Virus record (IMG/VR): IMGVR_UViG_3300032321_001056
Coordinates: 14,508 to 78,507 of that record
DNA length: 64,000 nucleotides
DNA from: a virus
Lineage: Duplodnaviria; Caudoviricetes
Reading direction: 5' to 3' (one strand)
Shown in pieces: positions 27,988 through 37,800 of the stretch (its first letter is position 1; every line of letters starts with the position of its first letter). The notes beneath the pieces were generated by a model. The model saw nothing but the letters and a program-made list of their open reading frames with translations. It did not search any database and had not been told where the DNA came from. The position numbers and the translations under genes were made by a program.

Positions 27988-29388
27988 TTATTTGAACGAT
28001 GGTGGACCAAAGAATGTTGGTGGACCAAAGAAAGATGGTGGACCAAAGAAAGATGGAGGTACTGCACCGCAACCAGGACCAGTACAGTCAGATATCATTG
28101 TGTCAACACAAGTTCCATCACATGTGCAACCAGCATCGCATGTACGATGTTCCCAAATCTGGAAGCACCCACCACCACCACAATCTGCGGCTACTGCATA
28201 TTGACTTCCAATTGTGCATGTGCTGCATGTAGGGCTTACAACGGTTGTTGTGGTAGTTGGCACAGCATCTTCACTGCACAATGCCCCAGATGCTCCTTCT
28301 CGGCATTCTCCTGGATTATTACAATCATACACAGACCCAATATCCCCAGGTAGACAATACCTAGTCACCGCAGGTGTGCCTACAACAGTAGTTGTAGGAG
28401 GAGTAGATCCACATTCAGCAATACAATACGGAACCCCATCTACGATTGCATAAAGAACACCATCGCTCATTGCAAACTGAAATATTTCAGTACCACTAGG
28501 AAAAACAATTCCATCCGCACTAATTTCTAATGCAGATTCAATATTATTACTTACTCTATTTCTAAGAGAATACGAGGTATATATACCATTATAGTTAACT
28601 TCTGATGTATAAGATCCATCATAAGAAGCACTAATAAAAACAGCTCCAGATGGATAACCGCCAATACCAGTTCCTGGACCATAGCCTGGACCAATGACCA
28701 TTTCTCCATCGTATCCACCACCGCTAGATAGATCATCTCCATCAACTTCCCAGCCAGCAATTTTTCCACCAGTGGCATAGATATCACCTGTAACACTAAA
28801 GTTTAAAGTTTCTGGAAACCAATATATACCATTTGTATTTGAACCGACTTTGAAAGTTCCATCGCTATACCAATAATTTTGATCATTAATATAAACACTA
28901 TCTGCTATCAAAGTACCTCTGATTGATGTGTTGGCAAAATAAGCATCGCCGTTACTTGATATAACCCACCCAGTAGTTCCAGGGTCTGTTATACCTTTTG
29001 TGTTGGCATTATAAACACCATTCCAGTTGCCACTTGATATAATGTTATTAACAAGAACAAAATTCCCTGATAGTTTATCTGAGGTGATTGTCCCAGCGGA
29101 TATGTTTTCAGCTCTAACTTGATTAGGCAGCAATCTCACCCCAGCAGTAGTTAATACATCTTCTTTTACAATTCTAGCGACAACCTCTTTAAACTTTCCA
29201 TAGTTATTAGCTTGCGGACCATCTTTCCTAGCCTGTGTCCCCAAAAAGTCTGTTGTAAAATCGTAAAGAGAATATTTTGATACATCAATAAGCGCAGAGG
29301 AGATCCCGTCATGGTTATGACCACCATTAAAAAATACAATACTACTTTCAGATACCCCTGCCGATAGCGGCGTTTTGCGCAATACCAT
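27988..29388 (-). CDS. tail-associated protein with Cys-rich C-terminus and PP[ST]FFG repeats
   Basis: Follows the large tail protein with a TAATG overlap; low-complexity beta region, Thr runs, 16 Cys in the last ~150 aa; ends PPSFFGPPSFFGPPTFFGPPSFK. Confidence 0.65.
   Translation of the reverse strand: MVLRKTPLSAGVSESSIVFFNGGHNHDGISSALIDVSKYSLYDFTTDFLGTQARKDGPQANNYGKFKEVVARIVKEDVLTTAGVRLLPNQVRAENISAGTITSDKLSGNFVLVNNIISSGNWNGVYNANTKGITDPGTTGWVISSNGDAYFANTSIRGTLIADSVYINDQNYWYSDGTFKVGSNTNGIYWFPETLNFSVTGDIYATGGKIAGWEVDGDDLSSGGGYDGEMVIGPGYGPGTGIGGYPSGAVFISASYDGSYTSEVNYNGIYTSYSLRNRVSNNIESALEISADGIVFPSGTEIFQFAMSDGVLYAIVDGVPYCIAECGSTPPTTTVVGTPAVTRYCLPGDIGSVYDCNNPGECREGASGALCSEDAVPTTTTTVVSPTCSTCTIGSQYAVAADCGGGGCFQIWEHRTCDAGCTCDGTCVDTMISDCTGPGCGAVPPSFFGPPSFFGPPTFFGPPSFK
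28001..28060. repeat. 18-bp tandem repeat (x3 plus partial) encoding PP[ST]FFG
   Basis: ggtggaccaaagaatgtt/ggtggaccaaagaaagat/ggtggaccaaagaaagat/ggaggt. Confidence 0.95.
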
Positions 29389-32300
29389 TAAATAACCTTC
29401 CTTATAACCATACTCTGACTTGGCTGTGACCCATAACCTATTTCTGTACTTATCACCCAATAATCACCATTAATTATATCAAAAGAATCCATTGAAGATA
29501 TCCGAATTCGGTCCCCTAATTGAATTGTTGGTGTTGGGGTTATAGTAAGATTTAAAACTGGCACTGGATCGCTCATTTTAGATATTAAAAAATCAGCAAT
29601 AGTCTTAGCATGTGCCAAATTTGTTATAAATTCATTCTCAATAACAATTTCTTTCAAACCATAAAGGCGAATATTGTCACTTAATGTGTTAGTTTGCTCC
29701 CTAATGTCATTATTAGTCTGCTGGACAACAATTGGTATTCCAGCAATTGCAGTTACAGACTGTTCATTGTTTAACTCATCAGTCCCCTTTAGCCAGACTT
29801 CTGATGCGTCTGGGGCATACTGAGATGCAGCAACAATTAGATTAGCTTTATACGCATTTGGTTCAAATTTAATAATCTCTACAAGAGCTGGTCTCTTATT
29901 AAAGATTCCAGAAATAAGAGGATTTTGCACTTGATAGGCTGGAGCGGAGTTGTATGTTATCGTATACTGCTGAACTTCTCTAACCAGTGTGTTAGCAGTG
30001 TGAGCAGCAGCTATTGTATTAAAATATGCCCTAGTAAGGGTGTCTAAAGAGTTAGCAGACTTACTCTCGTATCTAATTATTTCATCATCTAATTTGACAT
30101 AACCGCTTTTTGGGAAGTATGGCTTATCAGTTGTCACCATTGGAATTGATGCCGCATTAGACGCAATATTTGCATTTAACTTTCCAACAGCCAGAGTAGT
30201 TCCATCCTCTACAGACCACAGCCCTTGAAGAGCATTATTTTTTGTTGAAACACCAGTTAATTTAACTGTTACCTTGTTAGCTTGCAATTGGACATTATAA
30301 GACGCATCAATGATATTTGTATCGTCAGAAAATGTTTTTTGGACACTGGCATGTTGAGCGATTGTGGGCTCAAAGAACCTGTAGTAGTGCTCATACCTAG
30401 CCTTACCATACTCATCTATATACAGCCGACCAAGATCAGCAAGACTAATTGTATCAATTAATGATTGTATGGTGGTTTCGTTACCATAAATAAAAGGCAT
30501 AACAAAAACTGGCTGCATTTGAGTTTCAATATAATGTTTTTTAATTTCTTCGTCAGTCAACATTTTTTTAAATATTGCAAACTCATCAATATAGAATGAT
30601 CTAAATGATGCAGGCGGAGTTTCCACAGCAAACTCTTCAAGAGTTTCTGGGGTAAATAGTGCACCTCTCCCGCCTATTGTAAGATCCTTGCCAGTGTACG
30701 GAAGCAGTGTTCCAGTTGTTGTCACTGTATTGGCTAAAGCTCCGTTGATATAATACTTTAAAGTATTGGATTTATAAGTGACACCAATATGAGTGAATAC
30801 TGAACTTGACAATGCTGTATTTGATGTGACTGTTGCTGTCCCAGTGCTTGTTTTAAACTTAAACCCATTAGAAGAAGATGTATTAAAAAACTCAAAACCA
30901 GATGTTGAAGTAGCATTTGACCAGTTACTTATGTATTCGCCAGTGCCAGCAAAAGATCCGTTATGGAATTTTGCATAAACTTCAATACTAAATTCATTAG
31001 TGTAAGAACTGCTAGAGGAGTCAAAGATATCATAAGAGATGTGGTAGGGAACTCTTATATAGGAATTACTTGCGAGCAAGACACTTTTATTCCCTGGGTC
31101 AGACACAACACCGCTCGCTTGCCCAGTTAAAGCAGAGCCAACATACCTGCCATCATTACGATTTGCAACTCTTTCAACAAAATTTCCGCCCGTATTTACG
31201 CTCCAAGAGCCGCTTGCAAAGTCTAGGTATGTTACATCGCTCTTGCTTCCAATATAATCAAAGCTTGGCATTGTAACACACTCATGTGCCCACACCCAGT
31301 CCGCTTCTGCCCCCTCAAATTCTTTTTTCAAGGCGATACCAAAATCGTCAGTTTTATGAAAGAATTCTATTCTGATTTCGTATAGCCTACCCGCTGTGAG
31401 ATCCATCTCTTCAGTTTGGAAAGTTGTAGCAACATTGCTCCCTGGATCAACCTCATACCATGAATTTATTTCTGTCATATTTTTATTGAAAATCATTCTG
31501 ACACCGCAGTTTTTAACTTCAAGATTCAATCTGTGGATGCCGCTGCTTGAAGGGATATAATACCCATCAAACACACCATTATAGTAATCAGTTATAGTTG
31601 AACCGTTAGAAGCTACAAAAGAATCATTTTGATAATTCAAAGCAACTGGCTCTGCTTCACCACCAGGCTGGGTGGAGATAACATTGGATGTAGAAGTAAA
31701 AGAAGGAGATACATATGTAATAATATCTAAAGATATTTCCTCAGCGGAAAGCGCTCTGTCGTTTGCGTCAAGCTTAATGTCTTTAATCGTGTTCTGCTGC
31801 TTCTCTGGGAGAGCAACGAACCTGGCTCTCAAGGAAGGAGAGGGTATCCTTGTGGTACTTGCTCTATCCACTGTATCTTCATCAAACCCAAAGTGCAAGA
31901 TTGCATCGTCTTTCTTATATGTCTTTGAAGGTTTTGAGAAATAGTCAATATCTTTTTTTGGGAAATTAGTTCTCAACAAGAGATTATCAACAGCTTCTGC
32001 AATCGTGCTTTCTTGCATAAAATAACCGTTTGTAATCATTTTTTCATTTGTAAATTTATTCCAGTTAGTCAAGCTGGCATTGACAGACATATCGCTAGAA
32101 GATGACTGCCACTCGTCAACATAAAATATTCCACACGGCACATACTCGTATGGATCAAATTGAACAGTCTCACCAATGGTGTGATCTGAGGCTTCTGTGT
32201 CTCCAAAGCCTCTTTCAACAACAGTGAGGGTGTTGTATGAATCTTTATAACACAGGACTCTCTCCTGTGTTGTTGTCCCAGGATTTATGGTCACAATAAA

Positions 32301-33422
32301 GTTATTGTCACCGCCCCCCTGAGGCATGTTCTCCGTTGTGTCAACTGTTATTGTTGACGAAGATGATATAATGTTTGCAGTCAAAACTGAGTTAATTAGT
32401 ATTTCATTTGTTTTTTGTATCTGCCAACCTGTGTAAACATGCGCCCGTAAGTCTTTTTTCATATACTTTCCATATGTTGAAGAAGAACTAAACAAGCTAA
32501 AATCTTTTCCGTTATTATCAAGTTTTAATGAGCAAGTTGAAGAACCACCACCTGCTATCGGGAGGCTTGTCTCATGGACATCTCTTACCTTAGCAACATT
32601 AAAATCCATTACATAGTCTGTAACATCTGTCTGGTAAATAGGGGCTACCTCATTCACCCTTGCACGATCAAGGGGATTCTTGGTAGTATAGACAGTTAAT
32701 ACTACTTTGTTTATATTGTTGCTATTTAAGTAATGAGTATTATAATAAGAGTTGTCTGGTATTTCAGAATCAACATTAAATACCAATGTAGCTGTATTCT
32801 CATAGGCTTGAATGTTATAAGATTTAATTTGACCGCTATACTCTGCTGTAATAACTTTAAGCATATTTACAGGTCTTCCTACGAAATTATATTCAATAAT
32901 CACTGGGCTGGAAAATTCATAACCATTTCTTGTTGCATGAGTATTACTGGTGCTTTTAACCCCAGAAATAAACCCAAATTCATAATTATCATCTTTTGAT
33001 GATGGGAGAGCATGCCATTGACCATTGGCAGTAATAGTTTTGCCAAACTTATCTTTTGCATCACAAACAGCCCATGTAAATGACTGGCGTTCTATCCCAT
33101 TAATTGATTCATTTGGAGTAAAATAATAATCAGACCTGTTTCTTTTATTAAACTCTACCTCTTTGGTAGAGAGGGTGCGGTATGTTGGTGTTATTCTGTT
33201 AGTCCTTAACAGCATCCCAGAAACTTCTAGGTTAATAGCATTTGTCGTTGCAGCTGTAAATGATGATGTGGAAGATGCAATTTCCGCATTATTATATTTA
33301 CCAACATGCCGACTATCTAGCCAATCAATTAAAATCAAAGGCTTAATTGTTTGAGATATGGCAGTAGTACTTTGAACAAAAGTATTTGATATCTGCTTAC
33401 CATATAGACCGTACTGAAGCAT
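29388..33422 (-). CDS. minor tail/hub protein with PA14-like and LamG/ConA-like domains
   Basis: Downstream of the TMP/Dit-like genes; LTAGRLYEIRIEFF (PA14-like); FSIEVYAK...FTHIGVTY...KYYING...FYIDEFAIF (LamG-like). Confidence 0.7.
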   Translation of the reverse strand: MLQYGLYGKQISNTFVQSTTAISQTIKPLILIDWLDSRHVGKYNNAEIASSTSSFTAATTNAINLEVSGMLLRTNRITPTYRTLSTKEVEFNKRNRSDYYFTPNESINGIERQSFTWAVCDAKDKFGKTITANGQWHALPSSKDDNYEFGFISGVKSTSNTHATRNGYEFSSPVIIEYNFVGRPVNMLKVITAEYSGQIKSYNIQAYENTATLVFNVDSEIPDNSYYNTHYLNSNNINKVVLTVYTTKNPLDRARVNEVAPIYQTDVTDYVMDFNVAKVRDVHETSLPIAGGGSSTCSLKLDNNGKDFSLFSSSSTYGKYMKKDLRAHVYTGWQIQKTNEILINSVLTANIISSSSTITVDTTENMPQGGGDNNFIVTINPGTTTQERVLCYKDSYNTLTVVERGFGDTEASDHTIGETVQFDPYEYVPCGIFYVDEWQSSSSDMSVNASLTNWNKFTNEKMITNGYFMQESTIAEAVDNLLLRTNFPKKDIDYFSKPSKTYKKDDAILHFGFDEDTVDRASTTRIPSPSLRARFVALPEKQQNTIKDIKLDANDRALSAEEISLDIITYVSPSFTSTSNVISTQPGGEAEPVALNYQNDSFVASNGSTITDYYNGVFDGYYIPSSSGIHRLNLEVKNCGVRMIFNKNMTEINSWYEVDPGSNVATTFQTEEMDLTAGRLYEIRIEFFHKTDDFGIALKKEFEGAEADWVWAHECVTMPSFDYIGSKSDVTYLDFASGSWSVNTGGNFVERVANRNDGRYVGSALTGQASGVVSDPGNKSVLLASNSYIRVPYHISYDIFDSSSSSYTNEFSIEVYAKFHNGSFAGTGEYISNWSNATSTSGFEFFNTSSSNGFKFKTSTGTATVTSNTALSSSVFTHIGVTYKSNTLKYYINGALANTVTTTGTLLPYTGKDLTIGGRGALFTPETLEEFAVETPPASFRSFYIDEFAIFKKMLTDEEIKKHYIETQMQPVFVMPFIYGNETTIQSLIDTISLADLGRLYIDEYGKARYEHYYRFFEPTIAQHASVQKTFSDDTNIIDASYNVQLQANKVTVKLTGVSTKNNALQGLWSVEDGTTLAVGKLNANIASNAASIPMVTTDKPYFPKSGYVKLDDEIIRYESKSANSLDTLTRAYFNTIAAAHTANTLVREVQQYTITYNSAPAYQVQNPLISGIFNKRPALVEIIKFEPNAYKANLIVAASQYAPDASEVWLKGTDELNNEQSVTAIAGIPIVVQQTNNDIREQTNTLSDNIRLYGLKEIVIENEFITNLAHAKTIADFLISKMSDPVPVLNLTITPTPTIQLGDRIRISSMDSFDIINGDYWVISTEIGYGSQPSQSMVIRKVI

Positions 33423-34481
33423 TTACACCTCTTCCAGCGTTATAGAGCAGTCCCAGAAATAAACATCATTAGACAAATCCCTTCTAATCAATGACTCATT
33501 ATAATCTTTCACCAATACATTATAACTTGTTTCTGTTGGTGGTGTAGCGCCAGACTCATCTAAATTAACTATTTTTAATGTATGATGGCTTGGGTCTGCC
33601 GCTATCGTCTTAATATAATCACGAGCTTCTTTTTGATCCGCCGTATACTCTAGTGAATTAGGGAGCCATGACCATGAGAGACTGAATGTTCTTCTACCCG
33701 CCCTGCTTGTTGATTTATAACGCCTTGTCTTTCTGTTGTTCCAATTAACATTTTGAGTAAAGATTGGCTCAAGACCAGATTCAAATATCCTATTGTGATT
33801 TGTAATTGCCTTTCCATCAATAAGCATAAATGTTCTAATTACGGATGAATCAACAACCCCATTAACAGCAAACTTAATTGCCTCAGCAGTCATATTTCCC
33901 ATCTCAACAAGATTAATTCTAATCGTTGCAAGAGTTATTCTACCAGCAACGGTTAATTGCAATGATGATGACAATGCAGAAATTGCTTGAGAAATCTTAA
34001 TGCCAGCACTGCTTAGCGATACAGACGCAGATGTAGCAACAGCCGCTGCTGCTATCTTGATAGATGAAACAGTGGTGCTAGCAGATGATGACAGTGTTGA
34101 TGAGGAATTTGCAATTTTCACAACTGTTTGAGACAAAGATGCTGAAGAGCTAGGAGAAGCTTCAGAGTGCGCAAACTTCATCATGGATACAGTCATTGTT
34201 GTATTTGCAGAAACATCCACAAGAGCATCTTGTCTCTCTGTTGCAACAATAGCGGTAACTGATAAACCAGACAAGGCAACAACAGCTTGAGAAATCTTAT
34301 ACGAAGTTGCTGTTACATCTGAATTAGATGAAAGAGAGACTGTCGCTGCTGACAACTTGTAGGAATCAACCACCAAGTTTGCAGATGAAGTTAAAATTAC
34401 TACTACATCATTTGCATCTGCTGAGTAGAAATCAATACCACTATTCAGGGGCTCCGAGAAGCTAAACCAACTAGCAGTCAT
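33423..34481 (-). CDS. tail protein with 7 x 20-aa Ser/Ala repeats and a C-terminal Dit-like domain
   Basis: 20-residue periodicity at 33942-34362; C-terminus aligns by eye with the 34482..34877 product. Confidence 0.65.
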   Translation of the reverse strand: MTASWFSFSEPLNSGIDFYSADANDVVVILTSSANLVVDSYKLSAATVSLSSNSDVTATSYKISQAVVALSGLSVTAIVATERQDALVDVSANTTMTVSMMKFAHSEASPSSSASLSQTVVKIANSSSTLSSSASTTVSSIKIAAAAVATSASVSLSSAGIKISQAISALSSSLQLTVAGRITLATIRINLVEMGNMTAEAIKFAVNGVVDSSVIRTFMLIDGKAITNHNRIFESGLEPIFTQNVNWNNRKTRRYKSTSRAGRRTFSLSWSWLPNSLEYTADQKEARDYIKTIAADPSHHTLKIVNLDESGATPPTETSYNVLVKDYNESLIRRDLSNDVYFWDCSITLEEV

Positions 34482-34877
34482 TTAGACCTCCACCAAAGAA
34501 ATCTCAACATCGTAATACGAACACTTTGTTGGCATATGTCTTCTTATCAGTTTTTCTGAATATGAATCAATAAAGCATTCATATTCTGTATACCCCTCAC
34601 CTGGGGCTAGTTCTATCCCGACTGTTACGCTCGCTCTCGTGTTGACTAAATTGCTTAAATAGCTCTGTCCAACCCGACCATCTGCAGTTACACTCTGTAC
34701 ACTTGGAAGGTACTTCCAGCTTATTGAAAACTTCTGTTTATTCTTAGAATAGTATCTTCTTCTATGACCGCTAGCCAAATCAATATCGTTAGCAGCAATT
34801 TCCTCATCAACTTTCAATGTTCTTCCGTGCTCTGTAATCTCAACACCGTCAATTGTCAGCAGCTTGTATAGGTCCAT
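34482..34877 (-). CDS. distal tail (Dit-like) protein
   Basis: First gene after the TMP; TIDG...RRY...FSISWKYL...Y.VEISLVEV. Confidence 0.6.
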   Translation of the reverse strand: MDLYKLLTIDGVEITEHGRTLKVDEEIAANDIDLASGHRRRYYSKNKQKFSISWKYLPSVQSVTADGRVGQSYLSNLVNTRASVTVGIELAPGEGYTEYECFIDSYSEKLIRRHMPTKCSYYDVEISLVEV

Positions 34878-37800
34878 TATTGACCCCTATTCAAACCATT
34901 GTATGTTGAAATTACACGATTTTCAAGACCAGCCGCTTTTTGATTTTTTGGCAAAATCTTTGTATTGTAATCTTTCATCATTGAGTTAAACCATTCTGGC
35001 TCTCCGATAAAGTTGTCAACATATATGTTTACATTCTGTGTTGATGTTGTCATTCCACCAGCCATGTTTCCACTGTATGATGCCTGTGGTACTGAGAATC
35101 CTGCGCTTGGAACATTAAACTTCATTTGATTCATCGCTTCAAGATGAGCCAAGCCGTACTTCTTTACAGCAGCAGCATTAAGAACATATTCTCCGCCATG
35201 AAGAATAGAAGGTACTTCTCCGCCTTCTTTAAAGTTAAGATAACCACCTTTCTTAAAGCGTGGAGGTTCAAAATTACCTTTTTCAAATTCTTTCCAAATA
35301 TATCGTGAAGATCTAGACGGTAAAAAACTGCTTATTTTTTCTTTTATTTTTGACATAAAAGTATAAATATCTTTAGTTCTGTTAAACAAATTAAATCTTT
35401 GCTCGCCTATTGGTAAATTTATTTCTGGGTTTTCTAGAAGATTCCACTCCTGCCCTCTCTTTATGCCAAAAACTTTTCCTATTTGTCTTAAAAGCGGGGA
35501 GTCGCCCCAAGCTCCTTGGTCAGTAAGATTATTATAAAGTTGTTGACCTACCTTTCTTTGAATTTCTGCATGATTAAACAATTCCCAAGATTGCGGTATT
35601 ATTCTTGGATCGCTATCAATCACTGGAGAACTGGGAGATTGGAATATATTCTTAAAAATATTTATAATTCCTTCTGTTAATTCCTCTTCATCTGGAATAC
35701 CGCTCGTTTTTCTAAGACCGAGCATTTTATTAATATATTCATTCCATTTAAATACATCCGCTTCTTCGTCTAAAATTTTTGGCATGTCTCCAGACAATTG
35801 CAAGCGAGCTTTAACTAAAAGTCTTTGTATTGTTTCATCTAAAGAATTACTATCTCTAAATGAACGGGCTCCAGATATCATATCTAATTCATCAAACAAA
35901 TCTATTATTTCCCTATCTATACCTTTCTTTCCAACAATACTTTCTACTGATGGTAATAGATCCCTAGTAGGGTTAGAAATTATTGAACTAGGATTTCCAG
36001 ATTGCAAAACTTTCTTTCCATAATTTTTCAATGCGCCTGGGATTGAATACAGGAATCCATCAGCTTTCAATTCAAATTGTGATGCTCCTTGTTTAATTTT
36101 ATTCCATGTCATTTTGGTTCCAATTTCTAAAGCATTCGGGAGCAAAGAGGCATCCATGCCAAGAAGACCAAGCCTATTCATGGCTATATCGCCCACACCC
36201 TTCAACGCTGGTCCGAACATTCTTTTAGCTATTGGAGTAAATGGCTTTGCAACAGCACCAACAATCTTGTCACCGTAAATTGTAGAAATAACATTTGCAG
36301 CATCTCCAAAACCATACTTTTTGTTATTAGCTATTTGACCAAACCCACCAGTTTTTCCACCAGGAATGTTTAGACCAGTAGCCTGGTTAAGACCACGAAT
36401 CCAGTTCACTCCTTCTTTCTCTGTCCTAAGAACTCTATTGTCCAAATTCTTCATTGGATTAAAGCTATATCTCTTATCCAGCAATGCCATTGGTGATTCA
36501 ACAACACTTGCACCTATGTTGTAAGCTGAATCTCCAAGTTTGACAAATGACTGGATCGTGTCTGTAGCCATATTAAGAACACCCTTGCCAATCCCGCCAA
36601 CTTTACCCCAGAAACCTTTCTTCTTCTTAGGAAGCATTGGACCAATAAAACCGCCTTGCTCAAAGCGTGGAACTTTAGGACCACCGAAGCGAGTAACCGA
36701 TCTACGAACAGCTGAGTCAACATAAGCAAGGGCTTCTTTTTGGGTCAATGTGCTTGGGATTTTTATTTCAGACAATACTTTAAGTGGATTTTTTGAAACA
36801 AATGAATTTGGATCAACATCATCAAAAATATCTGATGATTTTGGCATTCCCTTTGGTCCTCTTACGACATAAACACTTCCACCTGGGGCAGGAGCTGGAT
36901 AAGTTCCTTTAACTTTCCCCCACCCAGCTCTTGCACTTGCATTGTCAGTTCCAGTGTATTTCCAACTACCTTCAGTCATACCTGGTTGCATTGTTGCTTT
37001 CTTCAAGAAAGCAAGCGGATCTTTATTCCCAATTGCCGCATCAGCAAAAGGTTTTATTTCAGTTAACCCTTGTGTTGGTGAACTATGAAGGAATATTTCT
37101 TCACGCTTAATATAATTACGAAGTCTTGCAATATTACTTCTTACTTTATTAAATACACCCGTGATACCACTGTTTTCACGGTACTGTGCGAGGGCAGTTG
37201 CCAATTCTTCTTTTGTTGATGTGATTGGCAATTCTGCCAAAATTTTCTGCCAAGGAGACATTCTGGCTTCTGTCCACATAACATTGGGGTCCATTTCAAT
37301 ACCACCTTTTGATCTTGTGATATAGAAAGAAGATGAACTTGGGTCTGACAATTGGCTAACCCCTCCTTCACCAACTCCATACCCTTGCCTTTCTGCAAAA
37401 CCTTTTGCATATTTAGCTACATCGTCTACAGTGCCCTGTAGCCAAGAATATGTTTTTCCAGGTAATTGATCACTAGGTCCAGTCCTTAAAGCCCCCTCAA
37501 CTGCGTTAATTGATGAAAGACCAGATCTACCAGCATGGATACCAATTTTTTTCGCAAATGGATTAAATTTAATTAATTTATTAAAAATTGAAGTTAGCGG
37601 TCCAGCTTTATAGAAGTCGCTGCCGCTATATGGGAATAAACTAGATGGAGGTACTGGATTCATTGGTGTCATAGGTCTACCACTAGGCGAAATATACGGC
37701 GGTTTTTTATTTAATCTTACATACTCTTCATAAAACTCTTTGTTTTTATTTTCTCTTACAGCTCTAATTGCAATATTATCCGATCTAAAAATATTTTTAA

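Noticed and set aside
28001-28060. 18-bp repeats resembling a mini CRISPR array
   Set aside because: Repeats are contiguous with no spacers, and they encode the in-frame PP[ST]FFG tail of a CDS.
27988-29388. Diversity-generating retroelement targeting the tail tip
   Set aside because: No reverse transcriptase and no TR/VR pair with adenine-specific mismatches seen in the window.
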